64,000 bases of DNA from an uncultured Planctomycetota bacterium (GTDB taxonomy: Bacteria > Planctomycetota > PLA2 > JAEUHO01). Numbering within the stretch: position 1 is the stretch's first letter; every line of letters starts with the position of its first letter. The stretch lies in assembly GCA_963752285.1 (NCBI GenBank), contig CAVVXN010000004.1:128001-192000 (forward strand), read 5' to 3'. Shown piece after piece: positions 1 to 9,713 of this stretch. A model generated the notes under the pieces. That model had not been told where the DNA came from and searched no databases. It saw nothing but the letters and a program-made list of their open reading frames with translations. The position numbers and the translations under genes were made by a program.

Positions 1-890
1 AGGTCCTCGTCCACCGGCTCGACCGAGGCGAGGGCGAGCCCGCCGTCCTTCGCGGCCTGTGCGAGTCGGTCGAAGAGCCGGTCGGGCTGGGTCGTGCGGC
101 ACTCGACCTGGTCGACGCGGATCTCGATGTGGCGCACACCGTCCGTCTCCGCGAGGAGCGCGGCGAGGCGCCGCGGGGCGCCCGTGCCGACGCGCACCGT
201 GAGCGGCTGGTCGTCGAGGCCCGCGCGGATCTCGGCGACCGTCCCCTCCGCGAGCACGCGGCCCGCGTGGAGCAGGAGTACGCGGCGCGCGAGGCCTTCG
301 ACCTCCGGGAGGATGTGGCTCGAGACGAGTACGACCTTGCCCTCTCGTCCGAGCTCCGAGATCAGCGAGCCCATGTCGCGTCGGCCGGGCGGATCGAGTC
401 CGTTCAGCGGCTCGTCGAGGACCAGGACGTCCGGGTCGTGCGCGAGGGCCTGTGCGAGCTTCGCGCGCTGGCGCATGCCCTTCGAGAAGCCGGCCGCGCT
501 CCGGTCGAGCACGTGCCCCAGCCCGACGCGCTCCAACGCGCGGGTGGCGCGCGCCGCGGCCTCGCGACGCGTGAAGCCCTGCAGGCGCGTCAGATACGTG
601 ACGACCGCGAGGATCGGCACCCCCGCGTAGACCGCATCCTGCTCGGGGCAGAGCCCGAGGCGGCGGAGCACCTCGGGGTTGTCGAAGGGGTCCTCGCCGG
701 CCACGCGAACGCGCCCGAGGCTGGGCCGGAGCATGCCGGTCACGAGCTTCATGAGCGTGCTCTTGCCCGCCCCGTTGGGCCCGAGGAGCCCGTGCACGCC
801 CGGCTCGAAGGTGGCCGTCACCTCGTTCAGGCCGAGGACCTCCCCGTACCACTTGCTCGCGGCCTCGAGGCGGATCTCGGGGGCGCTCAC
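1..890 (-). CDS. ABC transporter ATP-binding protein (3' end runs off the window)
   Basis: Manual translation from GTG 890: VSAPEIRLEAASKWYG...GPNGAGKST (Walker A), FSKGMRQR, LVLDEPLNGLD (Walker B), SSH. Start overlaps the permease stop. Confidence 0.9.
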   Translation of the reverse strand, partial: MSAPEIRLEAASKWYGEVLGLNEVTATFEPGVHGLLGPNGAGKSTLMKLVTGMLRPSLGRVRVAGEDPFDNPEVLRRLGLCPEQDAVYAGVPILAVVTYLTRLQGFTRREAAARATRALERVGLGHVLDRSAAGFSKGMRQRAKLAQALAHDPDVLVLDEPLNGLDPPGRRDMGSLISELGREGKVVLVSSHILPEVEGLARRVLLLHAGRVLAEGTVAEIRAGLDDQPLTVRVGTGAPRRLAALLAETDGVRHIEIRVDQVECRTTQPDRLFDRLAQAAKDGGLALASVEPVDED

Positions 891-1813
891 GAGACGACCT
901 CCACCGAGCGCACGCGGCTCCAGGCGGTCCAGATCCCGAAGAGGAGGAGGCCGAACGCGGCCACCAGGACCTCGGTTCGTCCGAGGAGCGGCTGCCACAG
1001 GAAGGGCGCCGTGTGCTCGCGCGCGTGCCAGAGGAAGGTCGTGAGCGTGTCGCGCGGGAGGTCGAGGAAGAGGAACACGTCCGCGAGGCCGCCGTGCACG
1101 GACCCGCCGGCGGCCAGCTCGCCGAGCATCACGCCGAGGATCAGAACGGCCGCCGCGGAGATCGTCACCGCGGCGCGACGCGTGCTCCGGGACGAGAGCA
1201 CCAGGATCAGGCCCGTGTAGACGGCCGAGGCGACCGCGTAGTGCTCGAAGATGCGGTACAGGACGTCGAGGTGGCCGCCGAGGAAGGGGAGCGTCTCGCC
1301 GGGCGGACGCCAGAGGCCCGTCAGGAGGAAGAGGAACGCCCCGGGGACGAGGATCGCGACCGCGAGGATGCCCGGTACGACGAGCGCCTTCCCCATCACG
1401 TAGCCGATCGCGGAGATCGGCCGCACGAGGTAGAGCGCGAGCGCGCCGGTCCCGAGGTCGTCGGACACCAGGCCGGATCCGACGAAGACGGCCAGCAGGG
1501 CCGTCAACACGGCGACCCCGGTGAAGAACATCTCGAGCGTGCGGTCCAGGTGCAGCAACGCGACCGCGTCGTCCGTGGGCGCGCTGGAACCCCGCAGGCC
1601 GAAGAGCCCACGCTGCATCATGCCCGGCGTGGCGACGCTGAGGTACAGCGTCACGCACGCGACGAAGAGCCAGCCGAGATAGAGCACGCCGAGTCGCCGG
1701 AACGCGCGACGACGCAGGGCGATGCCGAGACCCTGGGACGCGATCACGCCCGTCGTCCACGGGCGGCCGAGCGTGCCGCCGAAGCGCCGGTATCCGCGGG
1801 CGTGGACCGTCAC
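887..1813 (-). CDS. ABC-2 type transporter permease
   Basis: C-terminal part of ORF 887..3127; several hydrophobic helices and DDLGTGALALYLVRPIS motif; lies between two ABC ATPases with 4-nt overlaps. Confidence 0.85.
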   Translation of the reverse strand: MTVHARGYRRFGGTLGRPWTTGVIASQGLGIALRRRAFRRLGVLYLGWLFVACVTLYLSVATPGMMQRGLFGLRGSSAPTDDAVALLHLDRTLEMFFTGVAVLTALLAVFVGSGLVSDDLGTGALALYLVRPISAIGYVMGKALVVPGILAVAILVPGAFLFLLTGLWRPPGETLPFLGGHLDVLYRIFEHYAVASAVYTGLILVLSSRSTRRAAVTISAAAVLILGVMLGELAAGGSVHGGLADVFLFLDLPRDTLTTFLWHAREHTAPFLWQPLLGRTEVLVAAFGLLLFGIWTAWSRVRSVEVVS

Positions 1814-2769
1814 GACCTCCCCTCCGGCCCGGGGGGCGCGAGGAGCTCGTGGAACGCGTGCTCGAGGCTCGCCGCGCTCGGGACCAGGCGGCGCACCCGC
1901 GCGTCGGTCTCCGTCGAGAGACGGAGCACGTCGGCCGGCTGGAGGTCGGGCGGGAGCACGACCTCGACGATCGCGTGCTCGAGGGTGCCCCGAGGGGCGT
2001 CGTCCCTCGGCGCCGCGCGTTCGATGCCGGCGGCGGAGAGACGCCGGAAGAACGCGTCCCGGTCGCCGTCCACCTCGACGAGGCAGCGACCGCGCGCCCG
2101 CTCGAGGTCCGCGAGGCGCAGCGTGCCGCGCGAGCGCCCCTGGTGCAGCACCACCACCTGGTCGGCCACCTTCTGCACCTCGGGCAGGATGTGCGAGGAC
2201 CACACGACGTGCTTCGCGTGGTCGTGGGCGAGCGTGGTGACCAGCAGGAGGAGCTCGTCCCGGCCCTGCGGGTCGAGGCCCCCGAGGGGCTCGTCGAGGA
2301 AGAGCACCTCGGGATCGTGCACGATCGCCTGCGCGAGCTTGAACCGCTGCCGCATGCCCGCCGAGTACTCGCGGATCTCGCGGTAGACCGCCTCGCCGAG
2401 ACCCACGTGCCAGAGGACCTCGTGGGCGCGGCGGAGCGACTCCGCGCGCGACAGCCCCGAGAGTCGGCCCAGGTGGCGGACCGCGCGGATCGCGGTCATG
2501 TCGGCGATCCACGCGTCGGCCTCGGGCACGAACCCGACGCGCCGCCGCACCTCGCGCGCGTCGGCGCGCGCGTCGATGCCCAGCACGCGGACCTCGCCGG
2601 TGAAGCCCCGCAGGAGTCCGAGGACACAGAGGAGGAGCGTGGACTTGCCCGCGCCGTTCGGTCCGAGCAGCCCCGTGACGCCCGGGCCCACGTCGAGCGA
2701 GACGTCGGAGAGCGCGAGCACGTGGCCGTACCGCTTGGTGAGGTGTCGGACCTCCACGACGTTCGTCAC
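1810..2769 (-). CDS. ABC transporter ATP-binding protein
   Basis: GPNGAGKST, YSAGMRQR, FLDEPLGGLD, SSH. Start taken at GTG 2769, overlapping the upstream stop. Confidence 0.92.
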   Translation of the reverse strand: MTNVVEVRHLTKRYGHVLALSDVSLDVGPGVTGLLGPNGAGKSTLLLCVLGLLRGFTGEVRVLGIDARADAREVRRRVGFVPEADAWIADMTAIRAVRHLGRLSGLSRAESLRRAHEVLWHVGLGEAVYREIREYSAGMRQRFKLAQAIVHDPEVLFLDEPLGGLDPQGRDELLLLVTTLAHDHAKHVVWSSHILPEVQKVADQVVVLHQGRSRGTLRLADLERARGRCLVEVDGDRDAFFRRLSAAGIERAAPRDDAPRGTLEHAIVEVVLPPDLQPADVLRLSTETDARVRRLVPSAASLEHAFHELLAPPGPEGRS

Positions 2770-3626
2770 GCGCCGTCCCCCGTCGGGGACGCACCCGGCG
2801 TCGCCGGCACGCCGAATCGCTCCCGGTACGTCTGGAGGATGGCCGCCGCGGTCTCCTCGACCGCGCGGTCGGTGGTGTCGAACACCGTCCACTCGGGGTG
2901 GTCGCGGAAGATGCGGCGCGCCCACGCCAGCTCCTCGCGCACCGCGCGCGGGTCGGCGTACGGGTCGTTGTCGCGCACGCCCAGCGCCTCGACGCGGCGC
3001 CGGCGGATGTTGGCCAGGGTCGCGGGGTCCACGACGAGCGCGAAGACGCGCCGGGGATCGACCTCGTCCAGCTCGTGGGGGGGCGGGATGTCCTTGACGA
3101 GGGGGACGTTCGCGACACGGTAGCCACGGTGCGCGATGTAGTTCGAGAGCGGCGTCTTGCTGGTCCGGCTCACGCCGACGAGGACGAGGTCGGCCTTGGA
3201 GAGGTTCCGCGGCAGGCGCCCGTCGTCGTTGTGTACGGCGAACTCCACGGCTTCGATCCGGCGGAAGTACGCCTCGTCCGTCTCGTGCCCGAGGCCGGGC
3301 ACGGCGAGGGGCTTCCGGTGGAAGTGCCGGGAGAGCTCGAGGATCAGGCCCGAGAGCAGGTCCACCGCGATCACGCCCTGCTTCGGCGCGAGGTCCTTGA
3401 GGAGCGCGCGCTGCTTGGGGTCCACGAGCGTGTAGACGACGATCGCTTCCTCCACCTTCGCCCGGCGCAGGACCGCGCGGAGCGACGCCTCGTCACGGAC
3501 CCGCCCGAACACGAGCGTCCGCACGTCGTCGCGGGCGCCGAACTGTGCGAGCGCCGCCCGGATCGCCTGCTCGGCGGTCTCGCCCGTGGAGTCGCTCAAG
3601 GCGAAGACGACGCCCGGCTCGCTCAT
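2766..3626 (-). CDS. ppsR: PEP synthase / pyruvate,phosphate dikinase regulatory protein (kinase-pyrophosphorylase, DUF299)
   Basis: SDSTGETAE, YFRRIEAVEFAVHNDDG, GVSRTSKTP, ANVPLV signatures. Confidence 0.92.
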   Translation of the reverse strand: MSEPGVVFALSDSTGETAEQAIRAALAQFGARDDVRTLVFGRVRDEASLRAVLRRAKVEEAIVVYTLVDPKQRALLKDLAPKQGVIAVDLLSGLILELSRHFHRKPLAVPGLGHETDEAYFRRIEAVEFAVHNDDGRLPRNLSKADLVLVGVSRTSKTPLSNYIAHRGYRVANVPLVKDIPPPHELDEVDPRRVFALVVDPATLANIRRRRVEALGVRDNDPYADPRAVREELAWARRIFRDHPEWTVFDTTDRAVEETAAAILQTYRERFGVPATPGASPTGDGA

Positions 3627-4057
3627 CCGGCGGGCCTCCCCTGCGGGTCCGCGGGGGTCCCCACCCAGACCGCGCCGTCCTCGAAGTGCTCCTTCTTCCA
3701 GATCGGCACGTCCTGCTTCAGGCGCGCGACGAACTCGTCCACCGCCCGCAGCGCGGCGTGACGGTGCGGCGCGGACGTCGCGACCACGACCGCGGTCTCG
3801 CCGAGAGCGAGAGGTCCGGTCCGATGGACGCACGCGATGGCCGTGAGCCCGTGCCCGCGGGCGACCTCCTCGCCGATCGAGGCGAGGAGGGCCTCCGCCA
3901 TGGGCGTGTACGCCTCGTACTCGAGGTGCGTCACCCGCCGGCCCTCCGTCGCGTCCCGGACCGTGCCGTGGAAGACCACGACGGCGCCCGCGCCGGTCGT
4001 GGCGACGGCGCGGCGAACCTCGTCCGCGTCGATGGGGCCCGGCGTCACCCGGAACAC
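3623..4057 (-). CDS. moaE: Molybdopterin synthase catalytic subunit
   Basis: GAVVVFHGTVRD, LEYEAY, HRTG, LKQDVPIWKKE. Confidence 0.95.
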   Translation of the reverse strand: MFRVTPGPIDADEVRRAVATTGAGAVVVFHGTVRDATEGRRVTHLEYEAYTPMAEALLASIGEEVARGHGLTAIACVHRTGPLALGETAVVVATSAPHRHAALRAVDEFVARLKQDVPIWKKEHFEDGAVWVGTPADPQGRPAG

Positions 4058-4058
4058 G

Positions 4059-4298
4059 TCAACCTCCGCTCACGGGCGGGATGACGGCCACGACGTCCCC
4101 GTCGGCGACCCGCTGCTCGGGGGGCGCGAAGCGCTCGCCGAGGGCGAGTCGGAGCGAGAGGCCCCCGAGGCCGGGGTGTCGCGACGCGAGCGCCGCGCGG
4201 ACGTCGGACAGACGCGCACCCTCCGGGACCTCGACGGGCTCGGAGGCGCGCCCGGCGATCTCCCGGGCGGCGGCGAAGTAGCGGATCGTGAGGTGCAT
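4059..4298 (-). CDS. moaD: Molybdopterin synthase sulfur carrier subunit
   Basis: 79 aa; YFAAARE start, C-terminal PPVSGG; adjacent to moaE. Confidence 0.95.
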   Translation of the reverse strand: MHLTIRYFAAAREIAGRASEPVEVPEGARLSDVRAALASRHPGLGGLSLRLALGERFAPPEQRVADGDVVAVIPPVSGG

Positions 4299-4357
4299 GG
4301 GCGTGGGGAGCGTCGTTCCGATCGGGTCGGGCTCCCGGGAAGACTACCATCGGCGGG

Positions 4358-5359
4358 GTGTCTCCGACCTTCGATCAAGCGATCCGCGAGGTGCGGCAGG
4401 AGATCCGCGAGGCGATCCCCGCGAACGAGCTCCGCCGGCTCCACGGCCGCTCCGGGTTCCGGCACGCGCTCGTCTCCGGCGCCACCTTCGCGGCGCTCCT
4501 CGGCTCGGCCGCCCTCGCCTGGCGGTACGGCGACCGACCGGTCGTGTGGGTACCCGCGAGCGTGGTCCTCGGCTTCGCGGTCTTCGGGATGACCACGCTC
4601 CTGCACGAGGTCGTGCACGGGCTCGTGACCGACCGGCGGCGCCCGCGACTCGACGCCCTGCTCGCCTGGCTCTACGCCGTGCCGAGCGGTCTCGCGCCGA
4701 CGCAGTTCCGGCACTGGCACCTCGACCACCACCACTGGCTCGGTACGTCCGACCTCGACCCGAAGCGGGCGTGGCTCAGCCCGAAGAAGAACCGTCGCTG
4801 GCTGAAGCTCCTCTACGTGACCCCCGCCCTCTTCCCGATCTACTTCCGGGCGGCGGCGCGCGCCGCGGAGGGCTACGCCGACGACGTGCGCCGCCGGATC
4901 CGCCGCGAGCGTCGCGTCACGGTGGGGTTCCACCTCGCCGTGCTCCTCTCGATCGCGCTCGTCGGCGGCCTCGGCGTGGCGTTCCGCGTCTACGTACTCC
5001 CGGTCTTCGTCGTGTTCCCCGTCGCGTTCACCGTGAACCGCCTCGGACAGCACTACGACGTGGACGCGCGTGACCCCGCGCGCTGGGGGACGCTCCTTCG
5101 ACCGAGCCCGTTCTTCTGGGACGTCGTCTACCTCTGGTCGGGCTACCACCTCGAGCACCACTACTTCCCGGGCGTCCCCTGCTACCGCCTGCCCGCGCTC
5201 CGACGCGCGCTCCGCCCGTTCCTCGAGGCCCGCCACGTCCCGGCGCGGTCCTACGCGGGTCTCCTCTTCGACTGGTTCGTCCGGAACCGACCGCCGCACG
5301 CCGACTGGCGCCCCGTGGACCGGGGGACGGGCCCCGCCACGGAAGGCGCGCGCGCCTAG
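4358..5359 (+). CDS. Membrane fatty acid desaturase family protein
   Basis: Three His boxes (HEVVH, HWHLDHH, HLEHH) plus TM segments. Confidence 0.88.
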   Translation: MSPTFDQAIREVRQEIREAIPANELRRLHGRSGFRHALVSGATFAALLGSAALAWRYGDRPVVWVPASVVLGFAVFGMTTLLHEVVHGLVTDRRRPRLDALLAWLYAVPSGLAPTQFRHWHLDHHHWLGTSDLDPKRAWLSPKKNRRWLKLLYVTPALFPIYFRAAARAAEGYADDVRRRIRRERRVTVGFHLAVLLSIALVGGLGVAFRVYVLPVFVVFPVAFTVNRLGQHYDVDARDPARWGTLLRPSPFFWDVVYLWSGYHLEHHYFPGVPCYRLPALRRALRPFLEARHVPARSYAGLLFDWFVRNRPPHADWRPVDRGTGPATEGARA

Positions 5360-5370
5360 CCCGGGGGCCG

Positions 5371-5393
5371 GTGCGGCCCGCGGCGGGCCGCAC
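5371..5393. terminator. GC-rich hairpin between convergent genes, possible bidirectional terminator
   Basis: GTGCGGCCCG-cgg-CGGGCCGCAC, perfect 10-bp stem, no U tract. Confidence 0.45.
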
Positions 5394-5403
5394 GCCGGTA
5401 CCG

Positions 5404-7050
5404 CTAGGGGGCGGTCTCGGGCTCGGACTTGGGGGGCGGCGTCTTGCGCGTCCGCGCGCTCCCTCCGGTCGGGGTCGTGCTGGGCGCCCCGTCGCGGGGT
5501 GGCGCGCCGGCGCCGTCCAGCGTGCCGAGGTAGCCGGGCAGCTCGATCCCAGCCTGGCGGGCGAGCTCGTGCATCGCCGGGAGCGACGCGATGAGGCTCC
5601 TCAGGAAGCCGGCCGTGGAGCCGGTACCGTCGGCGCCGCCCTGCCCCGGGTCCCACACCGTGATCTTGTCGATCTTGAGGTTCTGGATCGCCTTCACCTG
5701 CTCGCGCACGAGGTCGGGCAGCTTCTCGACGACCAGGAGCGTGGGGGCGAGGCGTGCGTCGGCGCCGCACGACCGGATCAGCTCGGCGTAGCCGCGCGCC
5801 TTCGCCTCGAGGATCGCCTGCTGGCCCTCGGCCTCCGCGCGGTACCGGGCGAGGATCGCGTCCGCGTCGCCCCTCGCGATGCGCCGGCGCTTCTCGGCCT
5901 CCGCCTCCGCGTCGATCTCGACCTTCTTCCGCTCGATCACCTGCTGGACGACCTGTTCCTTCTCGAGCCGCGCCTGCTCGCGCTCCTGCTCGGCGATCAA
6001 GACGTCGCGGTCGGCCTGCGCGAGGGCCACCTCGCCGCGCCGCTTCGCCTCGGCGCGCCGCTCGGTCAGCGTGGCCTCGTAGTCGGCGATCTGCGCCTTC
6101 GCCGTGTTCTCGCCCTGGACCGCGGTCGCCTCGTACTCGGCCACCTTCACGCGCTGGTCGCGCTCGGCCTGCTTCTGGCCCTCGACCTTGCGCGCGCTCT
6201 GCTCGGCGACGGAGATGGCCTGCTCGCTCTGCGCGGTCGCCTCGCCCTTCACGCCATCGGCCTCGAGCTTGGCGACGGCGACGCGCTGGTCGCGCTCCGC
6301 CTGCTTGCGGCCCGCGGTGGACGCGGCGGCCTGCTTGGCCACCTCGATCTCTCGGTCACGCTGGGCCGAGGCCTCGCCGATCGCGCCGTCCTTGTTGGCC
6401 AGGGCGACCTCGACCTTGGCCTGGTTCACGGCCTCCGAGGCCGCCTTCTTGCCGATCGCCTCGATGTAGCCGGACTCGTCCGTGATGTCCCGGATGTTGA
6501 CGTTGATGACCGAGAGGCCGATCTTGTTGAGCTCGTAGCCGACGTTCTTCGTGATCAGCTCGAGGAACTTCTCGCGGTCCTGGTTGATCTCCTCGATCGA
6601 GAGGGTCGCGATCACGAGGCGCAGCTGCCCGAGGATGATGTCGCTCGCCGTGCCCGAGATGTCGCGGTCGGCCAGCCCCAGCAGGCGCTCGGCCGCGTTC
6701 TGCATGATGTCGGGCTGCGTCGAGATGCCGATCGTGAACGTCGAGGGCACGTTCACGCGGATGTTCTGGCGCGACAGCGCCTGCCGCAGGTCGATCTCGA
6801 TCGTCATGGGCTCGAGAGAGAGGAAGGCGTAGTCCTGGATGACGGGCCAGACCATCACGCCGCCGCCGTGCACGCACTTCGCGGTGCGCTCGTCGCCCAC
6901 CTTGCCGTACACGACGAGCACGCGGTTCGAGGGGCAGCGCTTGTAGCGCTTCACCAGGAACACCATCATCGAGAAGACGATGAGGACCGGCAGCCCGACG
7001 AAGATGAACGGCTGGTACGGCAGGTCCATCAGGAAGGGGGGAAAGGGCAC
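5404..7050 (-). CDS. SPFH/flotillin family protein
   Basis: N-terminal TM, KRYKRCPSNRVLVVYGK, SPFH domain (NVNIRDITDESGYIEAIG), long AE-rich coiled coil, KIDKITVWD. Confidence 0.92.
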   Translation of the reverse strand: MPFPPFLMDLPYQPFIFVGLPVLIVFSMMVFLVKRYKRCPSNRVLVVYGKVGDERTAKCVHGGGVMVWPVIQDYAFLSLEPMTIEIDLRQALSRQNIRVNVPSTFTIGISTQPDIMQNAAERLLGLADRDISGTASDIILGQLRLVIATLSIEEINQDREKFLELITKNVGYELNKIGLSVINVNIRDITDESGYIEAIGKKAASEAVNQAKVEVALANKDGAIGEASAQRDREIEVAKQAAASTAGRKQAERDQRVAVAKLEADGVKGEATAQSEQAISVAEQSARKVEGQKQAERDQRVKVAEYEATAVQGENTAKAQIADYEATLTERRAEAKRRGEVALAQADRDVLIAEQEREQARLEKEQVVQQVIERKKVEIDAEAEAEKRRRIARGDADAILARYRAEAEGQQAILEAKARGYAELIRSCGADARLAPTLLVVEKLPDLVREQVKAIQNLKIDKITVWDPGQGGADGTGSTAGFLRSLIASLPAMHELARQAGIELPGYLGTLDGAGAPPRDGAPSTTPTGGSARTRKTPPPKSEPETAP

Positions 7051-7068
7051 GTGGCCTCCTTTTCTCCG

Positions 7069-7659
7069 TCAGGCGCGGTCCACCACGAGCGCGCCGTCGT
7101 CCTGCACCGAGAGGACCTTCACGGACACGAACGACTCGATCGGCTCCCCGGGCGTCACCGCCTCGATGACCCGGCGCGTGCCGTCCACGCTGATCTCGAC
7201 CTGTCCCCGTCCGTGGCCGTGCGCGGGGATCCGCATGTAGACGGTCCCGATGTGCCCCACGGCGTGCTGCACGTCCCACCGGCCCGGCTTGCTCAGCTTG
7301 CGCATCTGCCAGAGGCAGAACGACGAGAGCGACATCAGGCCGAAGCCGAAGATCGAGGCGTAGATGGCCGTGAGGAGCGCGCCGAGGTGCCAGTCGAGCC
7401 GGGCGGCGAGGCCGAGCCAACCCGTGCCCATCATGAACGAGAGCACCGAGATCATGCTGAACAGCGAGAAGTCCCCGCCGTGGCCCTCGAGCCCCGCGTC
7501 GGCGTGGAGGTCGTGGTCGCTGATCCCGTCCGCGCCGCCGAAGAGCATCAGCCCGAGGCGGACCGAGAAGAGCAGCGAGCCGACCGCGGCCATCATGAAG
7601 TAGAAGGTCGCGTCGGAGAAGGTGGAGAAGAGGTCCTCGATCCACCCGGCGAGGTACAT
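7069..7659 (-). CDS. NfeD-like (YqiJ-type) membrane protein, flotillin partner
   Basis: TM helices plus C-terminal OB-fold-like GHIGTVYMRIP..GRGQVEI; directly upstream of flotillin. Confidence 0.85.
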   Translation of the reverse strand: MYLAGWIEDLFSTFSDATFYFMMAAVGSLLFSVRLGLMLFGGADGISDHDLHADAGLEGHGGDFSLFSMISVLSFMMGTGWLGLAARLDWHLGALLTAIYASIFGFGLMSLSSFCLWQMRKLSKPGRWDVQHAVGHIGTVYMRIPAHGHGRGQVEISVDGTRRVIEAVTPGEPIESFVSVKVLSVQDDGALVVDRA

Positions 7660-7874
7660 CCGACGGTCCCACCCACGCGCCGCCCGTCGGCGCGGGGGGT
7701 AACGTACGCGCCGGTCGGCGTCGTGGGTAGGGCATTCTGCCCCGCCCGGAACCTCGGCGCCGCTCGGGAGGACGGCCGCCGCCGCGGCGGAGGGGCCCGA
7801 CTCTCGCGCGCAGGGTTCCGACGCGCGCCGCGCGCGGCACAATCCGACGCCGAGGACGCTCTCGGAGGACGCTC

Positions 7875-9401
7875 ATGTCGACGCGACCCGTGCTGGAGGC
7901 GCTGGGCATCGAACCCGTGAACCCCGGCGCCTGCTGGGGACCCGACGGCTGGATCCGGTCCGAGGGCGTCGCCCCGGTGCCGTCCATCGACCCCGCGAGC
8001 GGGGAGGTCCTCGCGAAGGTCGTCCCCGCCACCCCGGCCGCGTACGAGACCGTCGCCGCGCGCGCCCACGAGGCCTTCTCGACCTGGCGCCTGGTCCCCG
8101 CGCCGAAGCGAGGACAGGTGGTGCGCGACCTCGGGCAGGCGCTCCGCGAGAAGAAGGAGCCGCTCGGGGACCTCGTGACCCTCGAGATGGGCAAGATCCG
8201 GGTCGAGGGCCACGGCGAGGTCCAGGAGATGATCGACGTCTGCGACTTCGCGGTCGGTCTGTCGCGTCAGCTCTACGGCCTCGCGATGCACTCGGAGCGT
8301 CCCGGCCACCGCATGGCCGAGCAGTGGCACCCGCTCGGCGCGATCGGCGTGATCTCGGCCTTCAACTTCCCGGTGGCCGTGTGGTCGTGGAACGCGGCGA
8401 TCGCCGCCGTCTGCGGCGACCCGGTGGTGTGGAAACCCGCCTCTCCGGTGTTCCTCTCCGCGATCGCCGTGCAGCGGATCTGCAACGAGGTGATGGCCGA
8501 CCACCACCTGGCCGGGCTCTTCACGCTCGTCGCGGGTCCCGGCGGATCCGTCGGCTCGAAGATCCTCTCGGACCGCCGGCTCCCGCTCGTGTCGTTCACC
8601 GGGTCCACGTCGATGGGCAAGCGCGTCGCCGCCGACGTGACCGCGCGCTTCGGGCGGACGATCCTCGAGCTCGGAGGCAACAACGCCGTCGTCGTGACGG
8701 CGCACGCCGACCTCGCCCTCGCCATCCCGGCCGTCGTGTTCGGCGCGGTCGGGACGGCCGGCCAGCGCTGCACGAGCACGCGCCGGCTGATCGTCCACCA
8801 AAGCGTCGCGGACCGCACGGTGGACGCCCTCGTGAAGGCGTACGCCCAGGTGCGCATCGGCGCCCCGATCGAGCCGGGGACGCTGATGGGCCCCCTCGTC
8901 GAGGACGCGGCCGTGAAGGACATGATGGCCGCGCTCGCGCGCGCCCAGGCCGACGGCGGGACCATCGTCGCGGGCGGGAAGGCGCTCCCCGAGAAGGGCC
9001 CGCGCTTCGTCGAGCCGACGATCGTGCGCATGCCCGCGCAGACCGAGGTCGTGAAGGAGGAGACCTTCGCGCCGATCCTCTACGTGCTCGAGTACGACGA
9101 CTTGGAAGACGCCATCCGCCTCCACAACGACGTGCCGCAGGGGCTCTCGAGCTCGATCTTCACGCGGGACCTCCGGGAGGCCGAGATGTTCGTCTCGGCC
9201 GCCGGGAGCGACTGCGGCATCGCGAACGTGAACGTGGGGACGTCCGGCGCCGAGATCGGCGGCGCGTTCGGTGGCGAGAAGGAGACGGGCGGCGGGCGCG
9301 AGTCCGGCTCGGACTCCTGGAAGGCGTACATGCGCCGCCAGACGAACACGGTCAACGGGTCGGACGAGCTCCCGCTCGCGCAGGGGATCCGCTTCGCGTG
9401 A
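7875..9401 (+). CDS. Aldehyde dehydrogenase family 7 (antiquitin / piperideine-6-carboxylate dehydrogenase-like)
   Basis: SAFNFP, SFTGST, LELGGNN, GQRCT, GAEIGGAFGGEKETGGGRESGSD; GGAGG RBS. Confidence 0.93.
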   Translation: MSTRPVLEALGIEPVNPGACWGPDGWIRSEGVAPVPSIDPASGEVLAKVVPATPAAYETVAARAHEAFSTWRLVPAPKRGQVVRDLGQALREKKEPLGDLVTLEMGKIRVEGHGEVQEMIDVCDFAVGLSRQLYGLAMHSERPGHRMAEQWHPLGAIGVISAFNFPVAVWSWNAAIAAVCGDPVVWKPASPVFLSAIAVQRICNEVMADHHLAGLFTLVAGPGGSVGSKILSDRRLPLVSFTGSTSMGKRVAADVTARFGRTILELGGNNAVVVTAHADLALAIPAVVFGAVGTAGQRCTSTRRLIVHQSVADRTVDALVKAYAQVRIGAPIEPGTLMGPLVEDAAVKDMMAALARAQADGGTIVAGGKALPEKGPRFVEPTIVRMPAQTEVVKEETFAPILYVLEYDDLEDAIRLHNDVPQGLSSSIFTRDLREAEMFVSAAGSDCGIANVNVGTSGAEIGGAFGGEKETGGGRESGSDSWKAYMRRQTNTVNGSDELPLAQGIRFA

Positions 9402-9713
9402 CGCCCGCGCCCGACGGGACCGGTCCTCGGAGGAGCGAGGTCGGCCCGGGGTCCCGGACGGGGGCGGCGCACGCGGACGAGCCGGGCCGCGGGGGCCGTC
9501 CCTGCGCCGGGACCCGCCGCCGTGGCGCGCAGGATTCCCGAGCCCTTGCCGATCGAGTCGAACGCGCGGTCCCGCTCCCTCTCGTTGGCCCAAGCGCCGG
9601 CGACGTCCTCGGCGGCGTCGCGCACGAGGCTCCAGCACGTTGGGGGGCGGGTTCGCCCGGAGGAGGATCGACGCGAGCCAGGCGAGACGCCGGAGAGTAC
9701 GCGGCCGGCTCGA

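Noticed and set aside
5371..7920. 849-aa plus-strand ORF, and similar long ORFs such as 12540..16541, 25142..28180, 30415..32865, 53076..55961
   Set aside because: Shadow ORFs antisense or off-frame to well-supported genes. They are Arg/Pro/Gly-rich with no motifs, as expected at very high GC.
9402..9713. Possible small gene or relic in the gap between ALDH and PTP (ORF 9080..9625, minus)
   Set aside because: No recognisable motif, and the ORF runs deep into the ALDH gene on the opposite strand.
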